Counted from the stretch's first letter, positions 17,772 to 27,534 are shown. The stretch is DNA of 64,000 nt from an uncultured Actinomycetes bacterium (GCA_963767565.1 CAVYEG010000017.1:27400-91399); one strand, 5' to 3'. Program-made: numbers and translations. The notes: generated by a model not told the origin, from the sequence alone.

Positions 17772-19293
17772 GCCACGACACGACCCCGGGCACCGGCCTG
17801 GACCCGGCGCTGACCCGCCTGGCCGACGCGATCCTCATCCCGGCCTTTCCCGGGCCGGCCGCGCCGGGCTGGGCCCTGCGGGCGCTGGAGCGCGGCCTGG
17901 CCGGCGTCACCCTGTTCGGCCCCAACATCGCGGGCCCGGAGCAGGTGACGGCGCTGACCGCGGAACTGCGCGCGGCCGCCGCGCGGCCGTGGCGGGGGCC
18001 GGGCCGCTGATCGCGATCGACGAGGAGGGCGGGGACGTCACCCGGGTCGCCTACGCCGGCGGGAGTCCCTACCCGGGGAACGCGGCCCTGGGCGCGGTGG
18101 ACGACGTCGCGCTGACCAGGGACGTCTACCAGGCCATGGGCACCGACCTGGCCAGGCTGGGGATCAACCTCGACCTCGCGCCGTGCGCCGACGTGCTCGG
18201 CCCGGCAGACAGCCCGGCCGTGGGCACCCGGTCCTTCGGCACCGACACGGCCCTGGTCGCGCGGCACACCGCCGCCGCCGTGGCGGGCCTGCAGGGCGCG
18301 GGCGTGGCCGCGTGCGCCAAGCACTTTCCCGGGCACGGCCGGACCGGGACCGATACCCACCTGGCCGTGGCCACCATCGAGGGCGGGCTTGACGAGCTGC
18401 GACGGCGCGACCTGCCGCCGTTCACGGCCGCCATCAAGGCCGGGACGGCCGCCGTCATGCCCAGTCACCTGCGCGTGCCCGAGCTCACCGGCGACCTGCC
18501 GGCCACGGTGTCCGAGGCCGCCCTGATCGGGCTGCTGCGCGGCGAACTCGGCTTCACCGGCGTGATCGTCTCCGACGCGCTGGAGATGCGGGCCACCAGG
18601 GACCTGTTCGGCATCCCGCAGGCCGCCGTGCTGGCCGTGGCGGCGGGTACCGACCTGCTGTGCCTGGGCCGGGATGGTCACCAGGGCGATTACGTAGCGG
18701 TACGCGACGCCCTGGTCGCCGCCGTCCGCGACGGCACGCTCGCGGGCGAGCGGCTGGAAGAGGCCGCGGACCGGGTCGCGGGCCTGCGCGGGGGCCTGGC
18801 CCGCGGCCCGCGCCCCGGCGGCGGCCCGGGCCTCGGCGGACCGGGTGCGGGCGCGGGCGCGGCCGGCCGCGAGGTGGGCCTGGCGGCGGCCCGGCGGGCC
18901 GTGCGGAGGTCGGGCCCGCCGCCGGTGCTCGCCCACCCGCTGATCATCGAGGTCGAGCCGGGTGAGAACTTCGCCGCGGGACGGTTCGGTTGGGGGCTGG
19001 GCCCGTGGGCGCCGGCCGGCAGCGTGCGCCGGATCCACCCCGCCGGGGCCAGCGTGGCTGATCTCCTGGCCAGCGCGGCCGGGCGCTCGCTGGTGGCCGT
19101 GGTCCGTGACGCGCACCGGGACCGCGCCACCTGGTCACTGATCACCACCCTGCTCGCGGGCCGGCCCGACACCGTGCTGGTGGAGATGGGCCTGCCGCTG
19201 TGGCACCCGCCGGACGGCACCTCGTACCTGGCCACCTACGGGGCGTCCCGGGCCAGCGCGCAGGCCGCCGCCGAGCTGCTCGGCCTGGCGTAG
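17768..19293 (+). pseudogene. GH3 beta-N-acetylhexosaminidase (NagZ/DasD-like) with a frameshift near 17975-18005
   Basis: The N-terminal 80 codons (frame of ORF 17657..18010, GTG 17768 overlapping the permease stop) read ILIPAFPG...GLAGVTLFGPNIAGPEQVTALTAELRAAAA and stop at 18008-10. The rest (ORF 17989..19293, another frame) continues GPLIAIDEEGGDVTRV...KHFPGHG...VMPSHL...GVIVSDALEM. Together these make one GH3 domain. Confidence 0.7.
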
Positions 19294-19449
19294 CGCGCCT
19301 CCGGGCGCGAGGTACAACTCAGACTGGGTACGCGAGCTGATGGCTCAGCCTGGGTAGCGGCGCTCGGCTGCCCGGGCGATGCTGTCGGCGATTCCCTCCT
19401 GCCGCATTCTTCTCACTCGCATCATTTGCGTGGAGCATCCGGCTTCTAC

Positions 19450-19485
19450 GGAGTATCTGGGCAGCTATGACTGCCCAGATACTCC
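19450..19485. terminator. Perfect 15-bp stem / 6-nt loop hairpin between convergent genes (GH3 and TetR)
   Basis: GGAGTATCTGGGCAG-CTATGA-CTGCCCAGATACTCC, anchored by ORF 19467. It is followed by ATGAAAACCGAATACTCCATGATTTTGG. There is no classical U-tract directly after the stem. Confidence 0.5.
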
Positions 19486-19534
19486 ATGAAAACCGAATAC
19501 TCCATGATTTTGGGGCTGATGGGACTGGGGTGGT

Positions 19535-20197
19535 TTACGGGGCGGGACGGCGGATGGCGTCCATGAGCAGGTCCAGCATGCGCTGCAACTGCTCCTGGCC
19601 GCCAGCCAAGCTGGTGGCGGCGAACATGCCGACCACGGTGGCCACGATGTCCTCGGCGCGGACGTCGCTGCGCAGCGCGCCGGCGGCGATGCCGGCGTCG
19701 AGGATCGCCTGCACGGCCGTGGCGAGCTGCTCGCGGATCTCGGGGACGGTCACCGCCCCGGAGGCGAACACGGCCCGCAGCGCGTCGGCCATCTCCCGCT
19801 TGGCGGTGACGTAGCCGGCGAAACGGTCCATCCAGGCCCGCAGGGCCAGCTCGGGAGCCTGCACCGCCAGCAGGCCGGCGGCGCTGGCGCACAGGTCGTC
19901 GAGTTCCTGGCGGTACAGCGCCTCGACCAGCGCCTCGCGGGTCGGGAAGTGCCGGTAGAGGGTGCCGATCCCGACGCCCGCGTCCCGGGCGATCTGCTCG
20001 AGCGTGACCGGCTCCGCCCCGGAGGCGAAGGCGGCCCGGGCGGCGTCGAGCAGGCGGGAACGGTTGCGCTCGGCGTCCGCGCGCAGGCGTCTCGGGCGGT
20101 CGGTGGCCGGGCTCGGGCGGTCGGTGGCCGGGCTCGGGCGGTCGGTGGCCGGGCTCGGGCGGTCGGTGGCCGGGCTCGGGCGGTCGGTGGCCGGCAT
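19535..20197 (-). CDS. TetR/AcrR family transcriptional regulator with an N-terminal heptapeptide repeat
   Basis: HTH region RNRSRLLDAARAAFASGAEPVTLEQIARDAGVGIGTLYRHFPTREAL, preceded by (PATDRPS)x5. Confidence 0.85.
   Translation of the reverse strand: MPATDRPSPATDRPSPATDRPSPATDRPSPATDRPRRLRADAERNRSRLLDAARAAFASGAEPVTLEQIARDAGVGIGTLYRHFPTREALVEALYRQELDDLCASAAGLLAVQAPELALRAWMDRFAGYVTAKREMADALRAVFASGAVTVPEIREQLATAVQAILDAGIAAGALRSDVRAEDIVATVVGMFAATSLAGGQEQLQRMLDLLMDAIRRPAP
20090..20194 (-). repeat. 21-nt perfect tandem repeat x5, in frame (PATDRPS)
   Basis: The unit CTCGGGCGGTCGGTGGCCGGG is repeated head to tail. It is also visible in the other frames of ORFs 19949..20260 and 19962..20294. Confidence 0.9.
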
Positions 20198-20200
20198 TAT

Positions 20201-20215
20201 CCGGAGGATCCTCCG
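20201..20215. promoter_or_regulatory. Palindrome CGGAGGATCCTCCG immediately upstream of the TetR start; candidate operator 1
   Basis: A 14-bp perfect palindrome, indexed from ORF 19949..20260. Confidence 0.5.
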
Positions 20216-20236
20216 CTTGTGCGGTACGATGAGATT

Positions 20237-20254
20237 ACCGGAGGTTCCTCCGGT
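20237..20254. promoter_or_regulatory. Palindrome ACCGGAGGTTCCTCCGGT in the TetR/aldo-keto reductase divergent region; candidate operator 2
   Basis: An 8-2-8 perfect inverted repeat sharing the CCGGAGG arm with operator 1. A third half-site, ACCGGAGG, lies at about 20275-20282. Confidence 0.5.
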
Positions 20255-20290
20255 TCCTGATTCGCTATCTTACGACCGGAGGCTCATCCG

Positions 20291-21196
20291 ATGACGGCAA
20301 CCGGGCAACGGCCGGATTCGCACCCGTTTCCCCCCGGCGGCAGCGCGAAGCTCGCGGGCCGGACCGTGGCCCGGATCGGGTTCGGCGCGATGCAGCTAGA
20401 ACGCACGGGCGTGGGGCGGGACGCGGCGGTCGCGATCCTGCGCCAGGCGGTCGAGGCCGGCGTCAACCACATCGACACGGCCGCCTTCTACGGTGCGGCC
20501 AACGCCTTGATCCGCGAGGCGCTGGCGCCCTATCCGGACGAGCTGGTCCTGGTGACCAAGGTGGGGGCGGCCCGGGACGCCGACGGCACGTTCGGCGCCG
20601 GGCAGCGACCCGAACAGCTGCGGGATCAGGTCGAAGCTAACCTGGCCACGCTCGGCGTCGAGCAGGTGGACGTGGTCAACCTGCGGCGGCTTGACGCCCC
20701 GCCCGGGCTGATCGCCGCGGGCAACCAAAAGGTCGACCTGGATGACCAGCTGGCCGAGCTCTCCGCGCTGCGGGAGGCCGGCAAGATCGGCGCCATCGGC
20801 CTGTCCAACGTCTCCGCAGGCCAGCTTCGCCAGGCGCTGCCGGCCGGGATCGCGTGCGTGCAGAACTCCTACGGCGTCCTGGACCGCACGGCCGAGCCCG
20901 TGCTGCAGCTGTGCCGCGAGCACGACATCGCCTGGGTCCCGTTCTTCCCGCTCGGCTCGGCCTTCCCGAGCCGGCCCAAGGCGGCCGACGACCCCACCGT
21001 GGCCGGCATCGCCGCCGAGCTGGGCGCCACCCCGGCCCAGGTGGCGCTGGCCTGGCTGCTGACGCACTACGACCACACACTGCTGATCCCCGGCACCTCC
21101 GACCCGGCCCACCTGGCCGAGAACATCGCGGTAGGCAGCCTCCGGCTGCCTGCCGCGTCCGCCACGGCGCTGGACCAGCTCGCCGAGCCGGAGTAA
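20291..21196 (+). CDS. Aldo/keto reductase
   Basis: GFGAMQL...AVEAGVNHIDTAAFYG...IGLSNV...LLIPGTSDPAHLAEN is a typical AKR signature. Confidence 0.85.
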   Translation: MTATGQRPDSHPFPPGGSAKLAGRTVARIGFGAMQLERTGVGRDAAVAILRQAVEAGVNHIDTAAFYGAANALIREALAPYPDELVLVTKVGAARDADGTFGAGQRPEQLRDQVEANLATLGVEQVDVVNLRRLDAPPGLIAAGNQKVDLDDQLAELSALREAGKIGAIGLSNVSAGQLRQALPAGIACVQNSYGVLDRTAEPVLQLCREHDIAWVPFFPLGSAFPSRPKAADDPTVAGIAAELGATPAQVALAWLLTHYDHTLLIPGTSDPAHLAENIAVGSLRLPAASATALDQLAEPE

Positions 21197-21316
21197 CCCC
21201 GCACCCTGCGGTGCGGCCTGAGGATGCGCGGGAGGCCGGACGGTGACATCCTGGGCGCGGGGGCAGGCTGGCGGACGGGGCGAGGCCCCTGACCGCCGTG
21301 GCGAGGGCGAGGCGAT

Positions 21317-22084
21317 ATGGGCGGACCAGCCATCGCGGTGCGCGGGCTGCGCAAGAGCTTCGGGGACAAAGAGGCGGTCGCGGGGATCGACCTGGAGATA
21401 GCGGCGGGATCCTTCGCCGGGCTGGTCGGGCCGAACGGCGCAGGCAAGACCACCTCCCTGTCGATGATGACCGGCCTGCTGCGGCCGGACGGCGGCCAGG
21501 TGCTGATCAACGGGCTTGACGTGTGGGCCGACCCGCCCGCCGCCAAGGCGATCATGGGGGTGGTGCCGGCCGAGGCCCGGCTGTTCGAGCGGCTCAGCGG
21601 CACCGAACTGCTCGAGTACGCCGGACGGCTGCGCGGCCTGCCGGTCGGCGAGGTGCGCTCGCGGACCGCGCAGCTGCTTGACGTGCTCGACCTGACCGCG
21701 GACGCCAAGCGCCTGGTGGCCGACTACTCCACCGGCATGCGCAAGAAGGCCGCGCTCGGCTGCGCCCTGATCCACAACCCCCCGGTGCTGTTCCTGGACG
21801 AGCCGCTGGAGGGCGTGGACCCGGTCTCCGCGGACGTGATCCGCCGGCTGCTGAGCCGCTTCGTGGCCACCGGCTCGACGGTGCTGTTCTCCAGCCACGT
21901 CATGGAGCTGGTCGAGCAGGTCTGCGACCACGTCTCGATCATCGACAAGGGCCGCATCGTGGCCACCGGCACCACCGATGAGGTCCGCGGCGGCAAGACC
22001 CTGCAGCAGGCGTTCATCGCGCTGGTCGGCAGGCGGGCGACCGACGAGGAGGGACTGTCGTGGCTCGGCTCCTCGTCCAGCTGA
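21317..22084 (+). CDS. ABC transporter ATP-binding protein (ABC-2 exporter type)
   Basis: Walker A GPNGAGKTT, signature YSTGMRKK, Walker B VLFLDEPLEGVD. Confidence 0.9.
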   Translation: MGGPAIAVRGLRKSFGDKEAVAGIDLEIAAGSFAGLVGPNGAGKTTSLSMMTGLLRPDGGQVLINGLDVWADPPAAKAIMGVVPAEARLFERLSGTELLEYAGRLRGLPVGEVRSRTAQLLDVLDLTADAKRLVADYSTGMRKKAALGCALIHNPPVLFLDEPLEGVDPVSADVIRRLLSRFVATGSTVLFSSHVMELVEQVCDHVSIIDKGRIVATGTTDEVRGGKTLQQAFIALVGRRATDEEGLSWLGSSSS

Positions 22085-23646
22085 AGCTGCGGCTGCTGCG
22101 CAACGCGCTGCGCGCGTCCACCGGGAACAGGGTGGCCTTCATCTTCAGCACGATCGGGGCCGCGCTGGTCGCGGCGGGCGTCTTCGTCGTCCTGGCCAGG
22201 CTGCACGGCAACGGCGCAGCGGTGGATCTGACCACGGTGATCTTCACCGTGTTCGCGTTCGGCTGGCTGATCGTGCCGCTGGTCGCCTTCGGCCTGGACG
22301 GCACCCTGGACCCGGCCACGCTGGCCCTGTTCCCGCTGCGCCTGCGCCCGCTGGCGGTGGGCCTGCTGGCCGCCTCGGCCACCGGCGCCTGGCCGCTGGC
22401 CAACGTGATCGGCCTGCTCGGGGTGACCATCGGCCTGGCCCACGGCGTCGCTGGCGAGCTGATCGCGGTGCTGGCGGTGCTGCTGCAGGTGCTGTTCTGC
22501 ATCACGCTGGCCCGGTTCGTGACCACCAGCCTGGCCGGGCTGCTGCGCTCGCGCCGCGGCCGGGACCTGGCGGCCCTGCTCATCCTGCCGATCTTCGCCT
22601 TGTACGAGGCCTTCGTGCAGATCGTGCCGCGGCTTACCGCCGAGGGAAAGCTGACCGCGGCCAGCTTCGCCGGCGTGGACAGCTGGCTGCGCTGGATACC
22701 GCCGGGCCTGGCCGCGCACGCGATCCTGGACGCCTCGGACGGTCATCCCGGTACCGCCCTGGCGCGCCTGGCCCTGCTGGCCGCGGTCATCGTCGTGCTC
22801 GGCTGGCTGTGGGTCGTCTCCCTCAGCCGCGGGCTGGTCACGGTCGACACCACCACGCAGGCGGCGGCGGTACGCGGCGCCGCGCTGCCGTTTGCCCGGT
22901 ACGGCCTGCGCGGCACGGTGCTGGCCCGGTTCCTGATCTACCAGCGGCGCGAACCCGGCTCGCTCATCTACTGGGGCATCATCGCGGTCATCATGGCGGC
23001 GTCCTCGGTGAGCACGATCAGGACCCCGAACTACCTAATCGCCCTGCTGTTGAGCGCGGGCCTCGGGGCCGCGTTCACCGGCAGCTTCCACGCCAACTCG
23101 ATCGGGGTGACCGGGCCGGGCTTCGGCCTGGAGGCGATGTCGCTGGCCGGGCGCCGCGCGCTGCGGGCCTACTTCTCCGGCCAGGACATCGCGTTCGGCC
23201 TGATCGCGGTGCCGCTGCTGGTGGCGGTGTCGTTCGCCCTGGCCGCGGTGGCCGGGCATCTGGCGGACGGGTTCCTGGCCGCCGCCGTGGACCTGGCCGG
23301 GATCGGCGCCGGCCTGGGCCTGGCCAGCATCTTCACTGTCATCCTGGCCTACCCGGCGGAGAAACGGGCCGGCAGCCCGGCGCCCCGGGCGATCAGCGGC
23401 TACACCGGCCGGTCCATCGGCGCCACGTTCGGCGCCCTGTTCGGCGTGGCCGTGCTGGTCCTCCCGGTGCTGCTCGGTGCCGCGCTGACCGGCTCGGCTC
23501 CGGCGGCGGTGCGGATGCCGGTACTGGTCGTGTGCGGCGCCGTCTACGGCCTCGGGCTGGCCTGGATCGGCGTCCTGGTCGCCGCGCGCGCGGCCGAGCA
23601 GAAGCTGCCCGAGCTCTACCAGATCGCCGTCCGCAGCAAGCTGTAG
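22060..23646 (+). CDS. Multi-pass membrane protein, putative ABC-2 exporter permease partner
   Basis: 528 aa with many hydrophobic segments. The N-terminus MARLLVQLKLRLLRNALR is typical of this permease family. It overlaps the ATPase gene by 25 nt. Confidence 0.65.
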   Translation: MARLLVQLKLRLLRNALRASTGNRVAFIFSTIGAALVAAGVFVVLARLHGNGAAVDLTTVIFTVFAFGWLIVPLVAFGLDGTLDPATLALFPLRLRPLAVGLLAASATGAWPLANVIGLLGVTIGLAHGVAGELIAVLAVLLQVLFCITLARFVTTSLAGLLRSRRGRDLAALLILPIFALYEAFVQIVPRLTAEGKLTAASFAGVDSWLRWIPPGLAAHAILDASDGHPGTALARLALLAAVIVVLGWLWVVSLSRGLVTVDTTTQAAAVRGAALPFARYGLRGTVLARFLIYQRREPGSLIYWGIIAVIMAASSVSTIRTPNYLIALLLSAGLGAAFTGSFHANSIGVTGPGFGLEAMSLAGRRALRAYFSGQDIAFGLIAVPLLVAVSFALAAVAGHLADGFLAAAVDLAGIGAGLGLASIFTVILAYPAEKRAGSPAPRAISGYTGRSIGATFGALFGVAVLVLPVLLGAALTGSAPAAVRMPVLVVCGAVYGLGLAWIGVLVAARAAEQKLPELYQIAVRSKL

Positions 23647-23715
23647 CCAGCAAAGCTCGGCGTCGGCGGTACGCCAATGCCAGAAAACCGGTGGGGAACG
23701 TGCATAATTACGGTC

Positions 23716-24165
23716 ATGCGACTGTCAGCCCGGGCCGACTACGCGCTGCGCGCCGCCATCGAGCTCGCCGCGGCCGATGCCGGTCACGTCACCGCCGACC
23801 AACTGGCCCGGGCGCAGCAGATACCAGGGAAGTTCCTGGAGACGATCCTCACCCAGCTCCGGCGGGCCGGGCTGATCCGCAGCCAGCGCGGACCTGACGG
23901 CGGCTTCTGGCTGGCCCGGCCGGCCAGCGAGATCTCCCTCGCCGACATCATCCGGGTCATCGACGGTCAGTTGCTCGGCGTGCGGGGCGAGCGGCCGGAG
24001 AACATCAGCTATCCCGGCGTGGCCGAACCCCTGCAGCAGGTCTGGATCGCGCTGCGCGCCAACGAACGGGCCGTCCTGGAGCAGGTCACGCTGGCCGACA
24101 TCGTGTCGGGGAACCTCCCCGACATGGTCCGCCACCTGACGGAAAACCCCCGCGCCTGGGTCTGA
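23716..24165 (+). CDS. Rrf2 family transcriptional regulator
   Basis: MRLSARADYALRAAIELA...IPGKFLETILTQLRRAGLIRSQRGPDGGFWLARP. The start is set at the conserved MRLS motif inside ORF 23677..24165. Confidence 0.85.
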   Translation: MRLSARADYALRAAIELAAADAGHVTADQLARAQQIPGKFLETILTQLRRAGLIRSQRGPDGGFWLARPASEISLADIIRVIDGQLLGVRGERPENISYPGVAEPLQQVWIALRANERAVLEQVTLADIVSGNLPDMVRHLTENPRAWV

Positions 24166-24199
24166 TCCCCGGCCAGCCCGTTTTACCTCCGGCCGGTGC

Positions 24200-24634
24200 T
24201 CAGACCGCCACCATGTCCTCGACGTCTGAGGCCGCGCCGAAGCCCCGCTCGGTATCGGCGAACTCCAGCGCGGTGCCGGCGTCCGGATCGATGGCGGCGA
24301 TGGAGACGAAGGTCTGCTCGGGCGGGAGCCCGGCGCCCGTCTCGGCCGGGACCCGCAGGCCCGGCTCCCTCGGCATGCCCAGCACCGGCTCGTGCTGCAG
24401 CTCGGCCAGGGCGAAGTTGTCGGAAACCTCACGGAACACCTGCGACAGCGGGGTGTTCAGGGCGCCGCAGATGGCAGCGAGCAGCTCGGACGAGGCTTCC
24501 TTCTGGCCGCGCTCGACCTCAGAAAGATAGCCCAGGGAGACGCGCGCCGAGGCGGATACCTCGCGCAGCGTGCGGCCCTGCCGCAGGCGCAGCCGCCGCA
24601 GCACGTCACCTAGCAGCTGACGGAGCAGAACCAT
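24200..24634 (-). CDS. clgR: ClgR-type XRE-family transcriptional regulator
   Basis: [46 protein letters not shown] matches the ClgR HTH signature. It sits downstream of pgsA-cinA, as in other actinobacteria. The start is taken at the internal ATG (MVLLRQLL). Confidence 0.75.
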   Translation of the reverse strand: MVLLRQLLGDVLRRLRLRQGRTLREVSASARVSLGYLSEVERGQKEASSELLAAICGALNTPLSQVFREVSDNFALAELQHEPVLGMPREPGLRVPAETGAGLPPEQTFVSIAAIDPDAGTALEFADTERGFGAASDVEDMVAV

Positions 24635-24746
24635 GTCGCACTCCCTTCCCCGAGGCCGACCCACCGACAACTTCCACCGTACCTGGCATTTCGGTTACTT
24701 CGCGAGATCATGTCCTCCCGTGTTCGCTGCCAACGTAACGCTGTAA

Positions 24747-25427
24747 TCAGCCCGTCTCTTCCCTGAGCCGGCCGAGCAGCAATCCGAGGGCATGCTCCAC
24801 GCTCAGTCTACGTATCTGGTGCCTGTTCCCGGTGAGGGCGATGGTCCGCACCACCGTGTCGTCCGCGGCGCTCACGGCGATGTGCGCCGTGCCGACCGGC
24901 TGCCCGTCGGCCGGGTCCGGGCCGGCCACCCCGGTCGTGGCCACCCCGTAGGTCGCGCCGAGCCTGGTCCGCACGCCCGCCGCCATGGCCGCGGCGACCG
25001 GCGCGTAGACCGCGCCGTGCCGGGCCAGCATGCCCTGGTCCACCCCGAGCAGCAGCGCCTTGAGCTCGGTGGCGTAGGCCACCACGCCGCCGCGGAACGC
25101 CTCCGAGGCGCCCGGGACGTCGGTCAGCGCGGCGGCTACCAGGCCGCCGGTCAGCGATTCGGCCACGGCGACGGTATGACCGCCCGCCCGCAGCCTAGCC
25201 AGCACCTGCCCGGCCAGCTCGTATGCGTCCTGGCCCGCGGAACCCGGGCCCGCGCCGTCCGCCGCGACCTGGTGTGCCCCTGGTGGGTTTGCCTGTGGTG
25301 GGTTTGCCTGTGGTGGGTTTGCCTGTGGTGGGTTTGCCTGTGGTGGGTTTGCCTGTGGTGGGTGTCGCTGTGGTGAGTGTCGCTGTGGTGAGTGTCGCTG
25401 TGGTGACTCTGACCCCAGGACCACCAT
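24747..25427 (-). CDS. cinA: CinA C-terminal domain protein / nicotinamide-nucleotide amidase (PncC-like) with an N-terminal pentapeptide repeat
   Basis: TVAVAESLTGGLVAAALTDVPGASEAFRGGVVAY...GVATTGVAGP is the CinA_C signature. ATG 25427 is preceded by GGGAGG. The ORF upstream of it overlaps pgsA. Confidence 0.8.
   Translation of the reverse strand: MVVLGSESPQRHSPQRHSPQRHPPQANPPQANPPQANPPQANPPQANPPGAHQVAADGAGPGSAGQDAYELAGQVLARLRAGGHTVAVAESLTGGLVAAALTDVPGASEAFRGGVVAYATELKALLLGVDQGMLARHGAVYAPVAAAMAAGVRTRLGATYGVATTGVAGPDPADGQPVGTAHIAVSAADDTVVRTIALTGNRHQIRRLSVEHALGLLLGRLREETG
25281..25400 (-). repeat. 15-nt tandem repeat x8, in frame: five units encode PQANP and three diverged units encode PQRHS/PQRHP
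   Basis: TGGTGGGTTTGCCTG x5, then TGGTGGGTGTCGCTG / TGGTGAGTGTCGCTG x2. Indexed from ORF 25223..25432. Confidence 0.9.
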
Positions 25428-25459
25428 CCTGACCTCCCAACCCTCGGCGACCGACTGGC

Positions 25460-26026
25460 TCACCGCCCCGCCGCCGGCTCGGAGCGGCGCAGCCGCATTG
25501 CCTGCTGAACATAGTCGACGCCGGTCACCACGGTGACGACAACCGCCGCCCCCATGAACAGCCCGCGCACGATCCCCGGCGGGCTCAGCGAGGCAGGCAG
25601 CACGTACAGGCAGATGGCGATGACCTGGAGGAGGGTCTTCAGCTTGCCGCCGCGGCTGGCGGCGATCACGCCCCGGCGGATCACCCAGAACCGGAGCACG
25701 GTCACGCCGAGCTCCCGGAACATGATCACCCCGGTGACCCACCAGGGCAGTTCGCCGAGGGCGGACAGGCAGATCAGCGCCGCGCCGGTCAGGGCCTTGT
25801 CCGCCACCGGGTCGGCGATCTTGCCGAAGTCGGTCACCAGCCCGCGGCTGCGGGCCAGCCGCCCGTCCAGCAGGTCGGTCAGCGACGCGATGCAGAACGC
25901 GGCCAGGGCGGCCAGCCGCCAGGCGGTGCCGCCGGCCAGCAGGAAGGCGATGAACACCGGGACCAGGATGATCCGGATCCCGGTGAGCACGTTGGCAATG
26001 TTCCAGAGCCCGACCTGGGAGGTCAC
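25460..26026 (-). CDS. pgsA: CDP-diacylglycerol--glycerol-3-phosphate 3-phosphatidyltransferase
   Basis: CDP-alcohol phosphotransferase motif [27 protein letters not shown], plus conserved synteny. Confidence 0.85.
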   Translation of the reverse strand: MTSQVGLWNIANVLTGIRIILVPVFIAFLLAGGTAWRLAALAAFCIASLTDLLDGRLARSRGLVTDFGKIADPVADKALTGAALICLSALGELPWWVTGVIMFRELGVTVLRFWVIRRGVIAASRGGKLKTLLQVIAICLYVLPASLSPPGIVRGLFMGAAVVVTVVTGVDYVQQAMRLRRSEPAAGR

Positions 26027-27534
26027 CGCCGGCCCGGCACGACCACGTCGGCCGTCAGGTCGACGCCCTCCGAGCCGGTTACCACGGCACGCACCATGTC
26101 CCCGGGCGCCAGCGGCCGGGTCGTGCGGACCGTGGTTACCCCGTCCACTTCGGGTGCCTGATGCGCGGCCCGGCCGGTAAAGGACCCGGCCTCGTCCGGG
26201 TCAGGCTCTTCGATCAGGACGTCGATGGTCTCCCCCAGCCGGTCCGCGGCCCGCTGGGCCATCAGCTCCTCGGCCAGGTCGGCGAACTCCTCCACCCGGC
26301 GGGCGATCTCCGCGTCGTCCAGCTTGCCCGGCCGCGAGGCGGCCTCGGTGCCGTCCTCGTCGGAGTAGCCGAAGATCCCGATGGCGTCCAGCCCCGCGTC
26401 GCCCAGGAACAGCTCGAGTTCGGCAAGGTCGTCGGCGGTCTCGCCGGGGAAGCCGACGATGAAGTTGGAGCGGACCCCGGCGCCGGGGCTCAGCTCCCGG
26501 ATCTGCTCCAGCAGGGCACCGAACCGCTCCCGGTCACCGAACCGCCGCATGGCCCGCAGCACCGGCCCGCTGGCGTGCTGGAACGACAGGTCGAAGTAGT
26601 CGGCCACGCCGGGCGTGGCGATGATGACGTCGATCAGCCCGGGGCGCAGCTCGGCCGGCTGCAGGTAGCTGATCCTGACCCGCTCGATGCCGTCGATCCC
26701 GGCCAGGTCGGGCAGTACCTCCTCCAGCAGCCGCAGGTCGCCCAGGTCCTTGCCGTAGGAGGTGGAGTTCTCGCTGACCAGGACCAGCTCGCGGACGCCC
26801 TGGCCGGCCAGCCAGCGCGCCTCGGCCAGCAGCTCGGGCGGGCGCCGGGAGACGAACGCGCCGCGGAAGGACGGGATGGCGCAGAACGAGCAGCGCCGGT
26901 CGCAGCCGGAGGCGATCTTCAGCGGCGCGACCACGCCGCCGGACAGCCGCCGCCGGAACACGCCGCCGCTGGACAGGTCCGGGCCGATCCACGGAGCGGC
27001 CGCCTGGTCCGGGAGCGGCGCAGGCCGGACGGCGTGGGGGGCGGGGGCCTGGTCGCTGGGAGCCTGGCCGCCGGCGTCCCGGACGTCCTGGCGGGCGGCC
27101 GGGGAGATGGGCAGCAGCGTGCGGCGGTCGCGGGCGGTATGTGCCGGGCGGCGGCGGCCGGCCAGCACGTCGTCCAGGCGGGCGCCGATGTCGCCGTAGT
27201 CATCGAAACTGAGGATCTGGGCCTCGGGCAGCTCACCGGCTAGCTCGGCGCCGTACCGCTCGGCCAGGCAGCCCACGGCGGCGACCTTGGCGCCCGACTC
27301 GGCCGCCGACAGCAGTTCCTCGATCGACTCCTGCTTGGCGGCCTGGATGAAGCCGCAGGTGTTCACGAGCACCACGCTGGCCGCATCGGCCGGGGTAACG
27401 TCCCAGCCGGAGGCGGCCAGCCGCGCGGCCAGCTCTTCGGAGTCGACCTCGTTGCGCGCGCAGCCCAGGGTGACCAGGCTGACCGTCCGCGGCGCGGATC
27501 GGCGGGCCGGCTGCGACCCGGAACGTGAAGACAC
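26023..27534 (-). CDS. rimO: Ribosomal protein S12 methylthiotransferase
   Basis: MTTase N-domain ([19 protein letters not shown]), radical [11 protein letters not shown], and a TRAM-like C-terminus ([14 protein letters not shown]). Confidence 0.85.
   Translation of the reverse strand: MSSRSGSQPARRSAPRTVSLVTLGCARNEVDSEELAARLAASGWDVTPADAASVVLVNTCGFIQAAKQESIEELLSAAESGAKVAAVGCLAERYGAELAGELPEAQILSFDDYGDIGARLDDVLAGRRRPAHTARDRRTLLPISPAARQDVRDAGGQAPSDQAPAPHAVRPAPLPDQAAAPWIGPDLSSGGVFRRRLSGGVVAPLKIASGCDRRCSFCAIPSFRGAFVSRRPPELLAEARWLAGQGVRELVLVSENSTSYGKDLGDLRLLEEVLPDLAGIDGIERVRISYLQPAELRPGLIDVIIATPGVADYFDLSFQHASGPVLRAMRRFGDRERFGALLEQIRELSPGAGVRSNFIVGFPGETADDLAELELFLGDAGLDAIGIFGYSDEDGTEAASRPGKLDDAEIARRVEEFADLAEELMAQRAADRLGETIDVLIEEPDPDEAGSFTGRAAHQAPEVDGVTTVRTTRPLAPGDMVRAVVTGSEGVDLTADVVVPGRR

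Noticed and set aside
24635-24746. A search for a ClgR operator (CGC-N5-GCG type) upstream of clgR, and for a LexA box (GAAC-N4-GTTC) near 56560-56580 and at the shared 17-mer.
   Set aside because: I found only partial matches with wrong spacing (for example GTTCGCTGCCAACG and GAAC-N7-GTTC). That is not enough to call a site.
25281-25400. Possible CRISPR-like arrays at the 15-, 21- and 24-nt repeat loci (25281-25400, 20090-20194, 40267-40416).
   Set aside because: The units are directly contiguous with no spacers, and the periods are far shorter than CRISPR repeats. All lie in frame inside recognisable genes, and no cas genes are present.
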